From a bacterium (GTDB taxonomy: Bacteria; SAR324; NAC60-12): a stretch of 64,000 nucleotides of DNA. The notes under the pieces were generated by a model. That model ran no database searches, was not told where the DNA came from, and was given only the letters and a program-made list of their open reading frames with translations. The stretch is taken from NCBI GenBank assembly GCA_965209155.1, contig OZ242383.1, positions 864,001 to 928,000 of the forward strand. The letters run 5' to 3'. The position numbers and the translations under genes are program-made. Below, in pieces: positions 38,497 to 49,307 of the stretch (positions are counted from its first letter, which is position 1; each line of letters starts with the position of its first letter).

Positions 38497-40506
38497 ATGA
38501 GTCACAAACCGAAAGAGCGCCAGACACAACCCGCCAACCATATCGTCAGGGAAAACCGTCTGCCGGGTCATCCCTCGACCGAGTGGGACATCAACGGCTG
38601 GGGCGATCCGACGATTCAGGGTTTCGGTCACGACATCAGCATCAACCGTGGCGAGACGATCTTTTTCAAGATCAAAACCGACTCGGACGACTACCGCATC
38701 GACATCTATCGCATGGGCTATTACAGTGGCATGGGCGCGCGTCTCGTCGACACCCTTGAGCCGTGCGTCGATCTGCCGCAAACGCAACCCGAGGGCTTGC
38801 GAGATCCGGCCACGCACCTGTACGACTGCGGCAACTGGTCGGTTTCGGCATTTTGGCAAGCGCCGCAGGATGCGACATCCGGGATTTATTTCGCACGGCT
38901 GGTCCGGCAGGATTCCGCAGGTGAAAGCTGGCGTGCGGACAACAGCCGGGCAGAACCCGCGCAAGCGCCTGCCCCTGCGCCACATGCTTATGGCGCGCTG
39001 GGATACGGCCGACTGGCAAACGCGCTGCGCGAGCCCCGCGCAAGTCACATCTACTTCGTTGTACGAGACGACGACAGCCACTCCGACATCCTGTTCCAAA
39101 CCTCTGACACCACCTGGCAGGCCTACAACCGCTACGGTGGACACTGCACCTACGGCCACTTCAATTCGGAGTACCCCCGTTACCTTGGAGACAAACCACG
39201 CGCGTACAAGGTGAGCTACAATCGCCCTCTCGATACGCGCCATTTTCGCGCCGTCAACACGGTGTTCCACGCCGAGTATCCCTGCGTGCGCTTTCTCGAG
39301 GCCAATGGCTACGATGTCAGCTATTTTACCGGAGTCGACAGCGACCGGCGTGGTGAGCGGATTTTGCGGCACCGGTTGTTTCTTTCGGTCGGTCACGACG
39401 AGTATTGGTCGTTGAACCAACGGCGTCACGTCGAAGACGCGCGTGACGCTGGTGTCAACCTGGCCTTCTTCAGCGGCAACGAAGTGTTTTGGAAGACGCG
39501 CTGGGAGTCCGACATCGAGGGCTCCGGCGGCGATCACCGCACCTTGGTCACGTACAAAGAAACCCATGACAATGCCAAGATCGACCCGCTCGCCGAGGTC
39601 TGGACCGGGACCTGGCGCGATGACCGGCCCTTCAACCCGGAAGGGCCGCAGCCGGAAAACGCGCTGACCGGGACCATCTTCACGGTCAACGCTTGGAGAA
39701 ACGACCCACTTATCGTGCCGGCCGACTACGCACCCCTGCGGTTTTGGCGCAACACGGCAGTAGCCAGGCTCAAATCCGGTGAGAAAGCAGTCCTGCTCAA
39801 GGGGCTGCTCGGACACGAGTGGGACGAAGATCTGGACAACGGCTTCCGTCCGCCCGGTTTGTTTCGTCTGTCCGAGACCACCATCAACAACCTGCCCTAC
39901 CTTCAAGACCACGGCTCGGTGTACGACTCCGGCACGGCGACCCACCACTTGACGTTGTATCGGCATAAAAGCGGCGCGTTGGTGTTCGGTGCCGGTACGG
40001 TGCAATGGGCTTGGGGTTTGGATGCGCACCACGATAACGATACCGGGGTTCCGGCGGAGCGCGCCAACGGCAACTCCACCCGGGTTGGCGTCGACCTGAA
40101 TGGCCCCGACCCAAATGTCCGGCAAGCCACCGTGAACCTTTTGGCGGACATGGGAGTGCAACCGGTGATGCTGCAGAAAGACCTCGAAGCGGCGACTGCC
40201 TCCACCGACACCGAACCCCCGATCTCGAAGATTCAACATCCCACCGACGGCGCGAAGGTCGCGCTCGGTGAGGTGACGATTCGCGGTACGGCGTGGGATG
40301 CCGGGGAAGGACAAGTAGCTGCCGTCGAAGTGTCGACCGACGATGGCGCCACCTGGCACCCAGCGTTCGGGCGCGAAAGCTGGAGCTACCGCTGGCTGGC
40401 CCAAGAAGCGGGACAGGTCACCCTCTTGAGCCGCGCCGTGGACGACAGTGGTAACCTGGAACGACCGTCAGCGAGTGTACGAGTGATCGTCGGTCCAGCG
40501 ACCTGA
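38497..40506 (+). CDS. N,N-dimethylformamidase beta-subunit family protein with C-terminal Ig-like domain
   Basis: IYRMGYY.G.GAR, TWQAYN, VSYNRP, SVGHDEYWS, FFSGN, FGAGT.QW, VEVSTDDGATW; SD AGGAGG. Confidence 0.82.
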   Translation: MSHKPKERQTQPANHIVRENRLPGHPSTEWDINGWGDPTIQGFGHDISINRGETIFFKIKTDSDDYRIDIYRMGYYSGMGARLVDTLEPCVDLPQTQPEGLRDPATHLYDCGNWSVSAFWQAPQDATSGIYFARLVRQDSAGESWRADNSRAEPAQAPAPAPHAYGALGYGRLANALREPRASHIYFVVRDDDSHSDILFQTSDTTWQAYNRYGGHCTYGHFNSEYPRYLGDKPRAYKVSYNRPLDTRHFRAVNTVFHAEYPCVRFLEANGYDVSYFTGVDSDRRGERILRHRLFLSVGHDEYWSLNQRRHVEDARDAGVNLAFFSGNEVFWKTRWESDIEGSGGDHRTLVTYKETHDNAKIDPLAEVWTGTWRDDRPFNPEGPQPENALTGTIFTVNAWRNDPLIVPADYAPLRFWRNTAVARLKSGEKAVLLKGLLGHEWDEDLDNGFRPPGLFRLSETTINNLPYLQDHGSVYDSGTATHHLTLYRHKSGALVFGAGTVQWAWGLDAHHDNDTGVPAERANGNSTRVGVDLNGPDPNVRQATVNLLADMGVQPVMLQKDLEAATASTDTEPPISKIQHPTDGAKVALGEVTIRGTAWDAGEGQVAAVEVSTDDGATWHPAFGRESWSYRWLAQEAGQVTLLSRAVDDSGNLERPSASVRVIVGPAT

Positions 40507-40571
40507 TGGGGATAAAGAAAATTTTGATTTTGCCTTGATTTTCAATATGGATTTGTATCTATTTAACGGAA

Positions 40572-42941
40572 TTGGCTATTTCCGCATTGCAACCTTCTAC
40601 AATTAAAATCCATTTGCCTTTTTTCCATTCCTCTTTTCGTCGCAAAATTGGTTTGTCCTTCTACAAGTTTCGCCGGGACTTGCAACAAGCGATTGGACGA
40701 TTCAAGACCCCGGAATCAGGTGCATATTTGTTAACGGCCATTGTCGTTGGTATCGGGGCAGGTCTGGGAGCCGTTGCTTTTCGCTACCTCATCGAGGGCG
40801 TGTCTCATCTGGCTTACGGTGAACTGGGTGGTATGATCAAATCCATCGCACCCTTCCACCTGATGATCCTTCCTGCACTTGGTGGAGCGATCATCGGTCC
40901 ACTCATCTATCGCTTTGCTCGGGAGGCCAAAGGGCATGGAGTTCCAGAAATCATGGAAGCTGTGGCCTTGCGGGGGGGAAGGATCCGTCCTCCTGTGGTT
41001 CTTGTCAAATCTCTTGCGTCATCCATCTGTATTGGTACCGGTGGTTCTGTAGGAAGGGAAGGTCCTATTGCTCAAATCGGAGCGGCCTTGGGATCCACGG
41101 TCGGTCAATGGCTTAAACTTTCAGATGACCACATCCGTACTTTGGTCGCTTGTGGAGCAGCGGGAGGCATTGCTGCCACTTTCAATGCTCCGATTGCCGG
41201 GTCAATCTTCGCCTTGGAAGTGGTCTTGAATCGCATCAACAGTCTTTATTTTGGGGCGGTGGTGATTTCGGCTGTCATTGCCGATGTCATCGCTCATCTC
41301 TTTGAAGGTGACTCACGAGCTTTAACGGTTCCAGTCAGTTTCCTGGCCAGTCCCTGGGAGCTTTTTTTATATGCTATGCTCGGAGCAGTCGCAGCCGTAT
41401 TTTCTGTCGCTTTCACTCGTTTACTCTACTTTACTGAAGACTTGTGGAACAAAATTCCTGTGCCGGAATACGTAAAGCCGATGTTGGGAGGCTTACTATT
41501 AGGGGTGGTTGGCATTTTTTCATTCCAGGTTGACGGATTCCCACGAGTTTTCTCGGTTGGCTACAACACAATCAGTGAGGTCATTTTTGGCGAGTTGATG
41601 TTTTTGGTTGTGGCGGCCCTGCTTTTTTTAAAAATGCTGGCCACCGTCATTACCTTGGGTTCCGGTGGATCGGGAGGCATCTTTGCTCCTTCACTCTTTA
41701 TGGGGGCAATGCTGGGCAGCGCATTTGGTCAACTTGCAAACCAGATGCTACCGGAGATCACAGGGCCTTCCGGAACTTATGCCTTGGTGGGGATGGCTGC
41801 GTTTTTCAGTGGTGCAGCGCATGCGCCTATCACGGCCATCCTGATTTTGTTTGAGATGACGGGTGATTACAATATCATTCTTCCACTGATGTTGGCCACG
41901 GTGGTCAGTACGTTGGTTTCCCGCATGATCAGCGAAGAATCCATTTATACCCTCAAACTCAGTCGTCGAGGCGTCCAATTGGATTTAGGAGCCGAGGATG
42001 TCGATGTCATGCAGGGGATAACGGTTGGGGAAGTGATGAGTCGAAATATGGATCTCATTCCGGCGAAAATGCCTTTTAAAGCGTTGATGGAAAAATTTGC
42101 TTTAACCCACCATCACGGATTTCCCGTTGTTGATGAGGAAGGAGATTTACTGGGAATTGTGACCATAAAGGATCTGGAAGATGCGCTCAGCGCCGGGAAG
42201 ATGGAGGGAATAACGGCGTTGGACATTGCAACGACAAAAGAGCTACAAATTGCTCACCCATACGAACCTGTTTGGATGGCTCTACGCCGTCTCGGTGACC
42301 ACGACATTGGACGCCTTCCGGTAATGGATGAAGAAAAGAAAAAATTTGTGGGATTGATAAGCCGTATTGAAATTATCCGGGCATACAACCAGGCCATTCT
42401 TAAAAAAGCTGAAAAACAACACCAAAGCGAGATGATCCGCTTGGAAAAACTGGATGGTACCAGTCTCGTCGAAGTTAAAATCGCCTCCCCCTCTCCGGTT
42501 ATCGGAAAACGGGTTCGGGAAATTGATCTGCCCAGTCAGTCTCTCATTGTTTCAGTACGTCGGGGTCGTAAAATACGAGTGGTCAATGGATATACCTCAT
42601 TGCAAGAGGGAGATCAGGTGACTGTTTTCTGTAAAGAAATACGAGTCCCCATGGTGCGTGCATATTTGACCGGTGATCTCGAAAAAAAAGGGGACGCGAA
42701 ACTCAAGGAACCTCAAAGACGGGTACGATACAGGGAAGTCTTCATTCCCTCGGGTGCTATCTGCGCTGGAACTCGAGTACGGGACTTGAGTTTACCTCTC
42801 GAGTGTATCTTGACCAGTATTCATCGGGAGGGAAAAATAATTATGCCTCAAGGCGATACCTTGCTACAAACCGGAGATGAAGTGGAAATATTCGGAAGGG
42901 AAGATAAATTGAACGAGGCGCAGCAAAGCTTGTTGCGATAA
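40572..42941 (+). CDS. ClC-family chloride channel/transporter with CBS pair and two TrkA-C domains (start uncertain)
   Basis: GHGVP, GREGP, FNAP, GIFAP, SIYT; CBS (HGFPVVD) and TrkA-C repeats. Confidence 0.92.
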   Translation: MAISALQPSTIKIHLPFFHSSFRRKIGLSFYKFRRDLQQAIGRFKTPESGAYLLTAIVVGIGAGLGAVAFRYLIEGVSHLAYGELGGMIKSIAPFHLMILPALGGAIIGPLIYRFAREAKGHGVPEIMEAVALRGGRIRPPVVLVKSLASSICIGTGGSVGREGPIAQIGAALGSTVGQWLKLSDDHIRTLVACGAAGGIAATFNAPIAGSIFALEVVLNRINSLYFGAVVISAVIADVIAHLFEGDSRALTVPVSFLASPWELFLYAMLGAVAAVFSVAFTRLLYFTEDLWNKIPVPEYVKPMLGGLLLGVVGIFSFQVDGFPRVFSVGYNTISEVIFGELMFLVVAALLFLKMLATVITLGSGGSGGIFAPSLFMGAMLGSAFGQLANQMLPEITGPSGTYALVGMAAFFSGAAHAPITAILILFEMTGDYNIILPLMLATVVSTLVSRMISEESIYTLKLSRRGVQLDLGAEDVDVMQGITVGEVMSRNMDLIPAKMPFKALMEKFALTHHHGFPVVDEEGDLLGIVTIKDLEDALSAGKMEGITALDIATTKELQIAHPYEPVWMALRRLGDHDIGRLPVMDEEKKKFVGLISRIEIIRAYNQAILKKAEKQHQSEMIRLEKLDGTSLVEVKIASPSPVIGKRVREIDLPSQSLIVSVRRGRKIRVVNGYTSLQEGDQVTVFCKEIRVPMVRAYLTGDLEKKGDAKLKEPQRRVRYREVFIPSGAICAGTRVRDLSLPLECILTSIHREGKIIMPQGDTLLQTGDEVEIFGREDKLNEAQQSLLR

Positions 42942-42942
42942 A

Positions 42943-43713
42943 TTACGCAGGAAGTTGAAAGAGACGGATTGCATTATCCGTTGTCTGAGCTGCCAGGGAC
43001 TGCAAAGATACGTTTCGCGCATTGGCAACAAACTCGGCAATCACCGGAATTTTTGAAGGATCATTTGCTTTTCCCCGAAATGGAACTGGCGCCAAATAAG
43101 GCGAGTCGGTTTCCAATAAAATTCGATCCAATGGTACGTACCGCATTACCTCCCGCACTTCTTCCGCATTGCGAAAGGTCGTAATCCCGTTAATACCAAT
43201 GTACCAGTCCATATCCAGTAATTCTTCAGCCATCTGCAAACCACTGGTAAAACTATGGGCGACGCCTTTTCGGGTTGGCGGATTTGCTTTCAAGATAGCC
43301 ATCGTATCTTGCCGGGCTTCCCGACTATGAAGAATAACAGGCAGTTGTAGTTGTTCCGCCAATACCAATTGCCGAGCGAAGACGTTTTTTTGCACCGTTT
43401 TCTCCGAGTGCATATAGTGATAATCCAACCCCGTTTCTCCCACAGCAACTATTTTGGCATTGTTGACGGCCTGATTAAAAATTTGTTGGGTAATTGTTTC
43501 CCTATATGTTGATGCTTCGTGGGGGTGCACTCCCAGACTGCCGTATATCTGCGTATACTGCTCTACTGTTTGTAAAACAAATTGCATGGATGCTTCATCC
43601 GTTGCAATCGTGATCATACTATGTACTCCCGCATGCCCGGCGAGTCTTACGATATCTTGCACTGTCGATTTCAGCATTTCCAAGTGACAATGCGTATCCA
43701 TGAATCGTGTCAT
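42943..43713 (-). CDS. tatD: TatD family hydrolase
   Basis: DTHCH, GVHPH, GETGLD, ETDSPYLAP. Confidence 0.93.
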   Translation of the reverse strand: MTRFMDTHCHLEMLKSTVQDIVRLAGHAGVHSMITIATDEASMQFVLQTVEQYTQIYGSLGVHPHEASTYRETITQQIFNQAVNNAKIVAVGETGLDYHYMHSEKTVQKNVFARQLVLAEQLQLPVILHSREARQDTMAILKANPPTRKGVAHSFTSGLQMAEELLDMDWYIGINGITTFRNAEEVREVMRYVPLDRILLETDSPYLAPVPFRGKANDPSKIPVIAEFVANARNVSLQSLAAQTTDNAIRLFQLPA

Positions 43714-44299
43714 CTCTTTTGCAGATAAGATAATGATTTTCAGGACAGGGTCGTCAAGGCCCCTATTCAGTTATCGGGTTTAATCAAAAGGTCGTTCCCT
43801 CCCCGATTCGATTGTTTTGTTAAAGGGAAAAACACTCGAATGGGATAAAACTAAAAGCATTCCCGATTCACGCAAAATGTTTCGTATATTAAATTCTGAG
43901 CGTATTGCTCCTCCTTGCGAAATAGAGTCGTGCAGAAATTATACCTGGACACAAGATACAAGGAGAAAACATGCAAAGCGATACAAAAGTGGACTATTTT
44001 CATGACACTTTAAAACGGTTGATTTTTGTTCTTATGAAATGCTATTTTTAACACAGCCAGTTGGAGACAGTTTTTTTACCTAAACTATGCGTGTACTTCG
44101 ATAGTCGGATCTCATTTCTTCACATCTTATTTTCGGCCACTATCGTTTCTCTCGTACGAGCCAATTTTGTTGTTCCAATCACAAAATCTCTGTTCATCCG
44201 CACCGAAGTCCCCTGATGAACATTTCTATTCGCGAAGATAATTTCTTCGAAATCAATCCCTCGCATCGAGCGAATGCGCATTCCACACGATCACGTACC

Positions 44300-45031
44300 A
44301 TGAATTTTGAACCATTATGCCGGAAGATTGATTATTTTTTCAAGAATTACCAGTTGTTGCGTCAAGCATGCACGCACAAATCTTTTGTCAATGAGCAATC
44401 TCTTGGAGAGAATGAGGACAATGAACGCCTTGAATTCCTGGGAGATGCAGTTCTGGATTTGCTGATCAGTGATTTATTAATGGATCATTTTCCAGACCTT
44501 TCGGAAGGAGGATTGACGAAGTTACGTGCCAGTCTCGTCAGTGAAACCGGCTTGAGCAAAATTGCCCATTCTATTGATCTGGGTGCGTATTTATTGTTGG
44601 GAAGAGGAGAAGAATTGACCGGGGGGCGTCAGAAAAAGTCTATACTTTCCAGTTCGTTGGAAGCCCTCATCGCAGCAATTTATACAGATACGCGTCAAGA
44701 GGGTTTATTGCCTGTTCAGAAAGTAGTTCATAAACTTTTCAAAAAAGAAATCCCCCGGACTGTCGATTCTTACCTGCTCCATGACGATAAAACGGATTTG
44801 CAGGAATTCGTACAGAAAAATTTTAAGGCGACTGTCGTTTACAATCTCCTGAACACTTTCGGACCGGAACATCAGAAAGAGTTTGAAGTGGTTGCCACGA
44901 TTGATGAAAAAGAATTGGGCCGCGGCAGAGGAAGCAGTAAGAAACAGGCAGAGCAACGAGCAGCCAGGGAGGCCCTGTTCGCATTAACGGAAGGTGAGGA
45001 TTTCTTTACGTCGGAGGAAATCGAGGAATAG
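44300..45031 (+). CDS. rnc: Ribonuclease III
   Basis: NERLEFLGDAVL signature and C-terminal dsRBD (GPEH..F, SKKQAEQ.AA). Confidence 0.96.
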   Translation: MNFEPLCRKIDYFFKNYQLLRQACTHKSFVNEQSLGENEDNERLEFLGDAVLDLLISDLLMDHFPDLSEGGLTKLRASLVSETGLSKIAHSIDLGAYLLLGRGEELTGGRQKKSILSSSLEALIAAIYTDTRQEGLLPVQKVVHKLFKKEIPRTVDSYLLHDDKTDLQEFVQKNFKATVVYNLLNTFGPEHQKEFEVVATIDEKELGRGRGSSKKQAEQRAAREALFALTEGEDFFTSEEIEE

Positions 45032-45039
45032 AAGGATCA

Positions 45040-45786
45040 ATGAATCAAACACCCAATTCAGAAAAATCGCAAGGAATCCGCATCCAGAAAATGATAGCAA
45101 AGGCAGGGATTGCTTCCAGAAGAGCGGCCGAAGAGCTGATTTCTTCCGGAAAAGTGACGCTCGATGGACGATGCGTAACACTGGGACAGCGTATGCAGGT
45201 CGGTAACGATTTGCTGAGGGTCGATGGCATACCGGTACTTTGGAAGGAGTGTGAAAGGATCGTCTATGCTTTCTACAAACCTAAAAAATGCATCACTACA
45301 TTAAATGATCCCCAAGGACGTTCAACCGTCAAAGAATTTTTTCCTCGATCCAAACACACGCTCTTTCCCGTCGGTCGCTTGGATTATGATTCGGAAGGGT
45401 TATTGCTGATTACCAATGATGGCGACTTTGCAGAACAGGTTATCCATCCGAAATTTAAACTCTGGAAAACGTACTTTGTTAAATTGAAAGGAAAGATTGC
45501 CGACTCCGATTTGACGAAACTCCGAAAAGGACCTCGCTTGCAAGGACGACGACATTTGCCGATTCGCGTGAAAATCATTCACTGGATCAACGATAAATCA
45601 TGGTTGGAAGTCTCTCTGCAGGAAGGCAAAAATCAACAAATCAAAAAAATGTTTCAGAGCGTGGGCTACCGTGTATTGAAGATCAAACGTTACAGCATCG
45701 GTTCTGTCACATTGGACGGATTGCAGCCTGGAATGTCTCGCTTACTCCCCCCCGAGGAGATTGAACACTTACTGCGAAAATCATGA
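45040..45786 (+). CDS. rluB: rRNA pseudouridine synthase (RluB/RsuA family)
   Basis: S4 domain (RIQK.IA.AG.ASRR), PVGRLDYDSEGLL. Confidence 0.88.
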   Translation: MNQTPNSEKSQGIRIQKMIAKAGIASRRAAEELISSGKVTLDGRCVTLGQRMQVGNDLLRVDGIPVLWKECERIVYAFYKPKKCITTLNDPQGRSTVKEFFPRSKHTLFPVGRLDYDSEGLLLITNDGDFAEQVIHPKFKLWKTYFVKLKGKIADSDLTKLRKGPRLQGRRHLPIRVKIIHWINDKSWLEVSLQEGKNQQIKKMFQSVGYRVLKIKRYSIGSVTLDGLQPGMSRLLPPEEIEHLLRKS

Positions 45787-45872
45787 AGGTTCGTGCAAAG
45801 TTCGAGTTTGCCATTCGAGAAAAAATGTCACAATAAATTGGAGATCCTACAGCGTTCTTCTCGAAGCTCCAA

Positions 45873-46961
45873 TCAAGAAACCTGCAGCCATCCTTTCAGC
45901 ACATCCATGTTATGTTGGAAAACTCGCTCGAGCCAATGGCGGTGGTCGAGGGTTTTGATTTCGATGACGTCAAATTCCTTGATCTTGGATGACAAATATT
46001 CGTCACTGGTCATTATTTCATCAACCAAACCTCGTTCCTTGGCTTGGGTGCCCAGCCAGTAATCACCTGTTGCCACGTCCTCAATGTCAAGACTTTGGCG
46101 ATTGAGGGCCACATGTTCTTTGAAGGCATGGTGAATCTCTTCAATATTTTCCTGAAATTTTTGTTTGTCTTCTTCAGTGACTTCGTAAAATGGGGTGACG
46201 GTTCGTTTGTATTTGCCTGAAGTGAAAAGGTAGTAATCAACGTCGTGTTTTTGCAAGACTTTGTGAAAATTGGGAATACCGGCAACTACGCCGATCGAGC
46301 CGATGAAAGCAAAAGGAGACGCTACGATTTTGTCCGCCACAGCCGCCATCATATAACCACCACTGGCCGCAATGACATCCACGCAAATCGTCACTTTCAA
46401 TCCGGCATTTTTAAGACGAGTCAATTGAGCGCTGGCCAATCCGTAATGCGTAACCGCTCCTCCCGGACTACTCAAACGGACCACTACCTCATCGGTGGGA
46501 CTGGCAACCTGGAGTAACAACGAAACCTCCTCTCGAAAATGTTCGGTAGCATGGGCCATAATATCCCCAATGAAGGTGAGCACAAAGACCTTCGAAACAT
46601 GGCTTTTAAAAACCTCGGTGACTTTCATCTGCTTTTCCAGTTGTTCCCTGACTTTTTGGAGAGTACTGCTCGCCTGGCTTTTTTTGCTCTGCGATTCTTT
46701 CTTTTTTTCCAGTTTTTTATATTTTCTGAGCAGTTTTAACGCCGGTTTGGGAAGGGGATGTTCCTGATAAGCCAATTTTTCAAATTTATGTATCTCTTTC
46801 TCGAAACGATTATTCAGTTTTTTGAATACGATCTGGGGCTCTTTGGATTTGAAGGGCTTTCTGAAAAACAAGAATTTGAGAATGAAAAACAAGCCTGCCA
46901 AGGCAAACAAGGTCACTGCGACATAGTAAAACGTATAATATTCTGAAAAAAGTTCAACCAT
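45873..46961 (-). CDS. sohB: Inner-membrane S49 peptidase SohB
   Basis: N-terminal TM, SPGG.V..YGLA, AASGGYMMA, GSIGV, GKYKRT. Confidence 0.92.
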   Translation of the reverse strand: MVELFSEYYTFYYVAVTLFALAGLFFILKFLFFRKPFKSKEPQIVFKKLNNRFEKEIHKFEKLAYQEHPLPKPALKLLRKYKKLEKKKESQSKKSQASSTLQKVREQLEKQMKVTEVFKSHVSKVFVLTFIGDIMAHATEHFREEVSLLLQVASPTDEVVVRLSSPGGAVTHYGLASAQLTRLKNAGLKVTICVDVIAASGGYMMAAVADKIVASPFAFIGSIGVVAGIPNFHKVLQKHDVDYYLFTSGKYKRTVTPFYEVTEEDKQKFQENIEEIHHAFKEHVALNRQSLDIEDVATGDYWLGTQAKERGLVDEIMTSDEYLSSKIKEFDVIEIKTLDHRHWLERVFQHNMDVLKGWLQVS

Positions 46962-46980
46962 GACTGCCTATTAATATTTA

Positions 46981-47877
46981 TCAGGGGCTAGAAAATCGTT
47001 GATGCCACATTTCGTAGAATTTCAGACAGTCTTCCATTACTTTTTGAACTGGAAGCTCCAGACATTGCGCATAAGCGCGGATATAATTTTTCACGTAAAC
47101 TAAGCCTTTAGGCAACTTTGAATATTCTTCGTTTTCAATGGCCTCCAAATATACGAATTGTACACAGGTCTCCTGAGCCACTTCTTCCAGTTTGATTGAT
47201 TTTAACTGACGGACTTGCTGCAACAATTTCCCATTGAATGATTCGACAGTGGACATGAAATCTGCCATTTTCTGGCGACTATCGCTATTTTTCCTCTCAA
47301 TCACTTTTCGATTGTGATGACGATCTACCAAGTGGTTATCCATCAACTCCCCAAAAGTCTTATGACGTGAGTTTGGAGGGGTTGGTGGTATTGTTTGTTT
47401 TTCCCGAAATGAATCATCAGCGGCTGTTTCTGAACTCCCTGCAACTTCCGCAGGTTTCACATGGGTTTGTTCAGAAACAGGAAGAGGGGGGGCTTGAGAC
47501 GAATTTTGAGAAGTCGCTTGTGATGTTTTGGTTCTCTCCCTGCAGAAATCAGGGATGAAATAATAGTTCTTGGCGGAGGTCTGATTGTTTTCTAAGGTTA
47601 CTTTCTCAACAAGAGGCGTTGAGGATAGTGAATGCAGTGATTGATCATAACGAATGCGGGTAATCGGGTCTATCAAGGTCATATATGCGCAGGAAATTTT
47701 CTGCATGATGGCATCGCAATCAACATCGGACGCCTTCGAATAATTCTCCAGCATATCTGTTTCAAAAGTTTGCCAAACCAACTCATACGCCTTTTCTATT
47801 TCACAGGGAGAAGCATTTTCCGGAATATTCAAAACCTGATAATAATTGTCTTCTATTATATTATTCATAGGAATCAC
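46981..47877 (-). CDS. J-like domain plus C-terminal RodZ-type HTH protein
   Basis: NYYQVLNI...IEKAY...AY.TL.DP..R..YD; C-terminal LEAIENEEYSKLP...YIRAYA..L. Confidence 0.75.
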   Translation of the reverse strand: MIPMNNIIEDNYYQVLNIPENASPCEIEKAYELVWQTFETDMLENYSKASDVDCDAIMQKISCAYMTLIDPITRIRYDQSLHSLSSTPLVEKVTLENNQTSAKNYYFIPDFCRERTKTSQATSQNSSQAPPLPVSEQTHVKPAEVAGSSETAADDSFREKQTIPPTPPNSRHKTFGELMDNHLVDRHHNRKVIERKNSDSRQKMADFMSTVESFNGKLLQQVRQLKSIKLEEVAQETCVQFVYLEAIENEEYSKLPKGLVYVKNYIRAYAQCLELPVQKVMEDCLKFYEMWHQRFSSP

Positions 47878-48278
47878 AAACTTGTGCTGTACGTGGCCAA
47901 AACTGGGAACGCGAGAACTTGAATGTTCGTATTCAAGGGAAGCGATGAATTGAATTTAATGATTACGCACCTTCTTTGAATACCTCAGAAAGACAAGCAA
48001 TTTTTTGGCCATCATTTTCCACTTTCTTTGCATTCCATTCAAAAAAGTGTAAATCTGCAGAGTCGCTCCTCAGTCAACAGGTGGCAGTTGGTTACATTCA
48101 CGGGTTGTATGAAAAACAGAACTGTGATAAATTGAAAGGACTGAAAAATGTTGACGATTGCTTCATGAATAAATCCTTTTCCCCGGTAAAATATATTCTC
48201 TGAACTTGAATCTATGGCGGTTACTTTAATTCTTACGGGAGTCCTGTTATTCCATAGAATGAAAGAACCGATAAGTTA

Positions 48279-48521
48279 ATGGCGGAACTCACCTTGAAAT
48301 GGCCGGAAAATGTACCGGGGAAATACTATGTGGATGAAGAATGCATAGACTGTAATTTGTGTTCTGAAATCGCCCCGGATAATTTCAGGGTCAATGAGGA
48401 AGAGGGGCACGATTATGTTTACAAACAACCAACGACTGGCGAAGAAGAAGATCTGTGTGTGGAAGCAATGGAATCTTGTCCCGTCGAAGCAATTGGAGAT
48501 GATGGCCACTCACCTGCATGA
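48279..48521 (+). CDS. Single-cluster ferredoxin
   Basis: CIDCNLC...CPVEAI. Confidence 0.92.
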   Translation: MAELTLKWPENVPGKYYVDEECIDCNLCSEIAPDNFRVNEEEGHDYVYKQPTTGEEEDLCVEAMESCPVEAIGDDGHSPA

Positions 48522-48549
48522 AAACGATTGAATATGGAAAGGAAACAAT

Positions 48550-49269
<720 letters not shown>

Positions 49270-49307
49270 CAGGGTCAATTGAATAATTTTCAGGTCGAGG
49301 AAAAGTT

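Noticed and set aside
38482..40404. 640-aa antisense ORF
   Set aside because: Mirror frame of the GC-rich DMFase-like gene, explained by codon bias; no domain features
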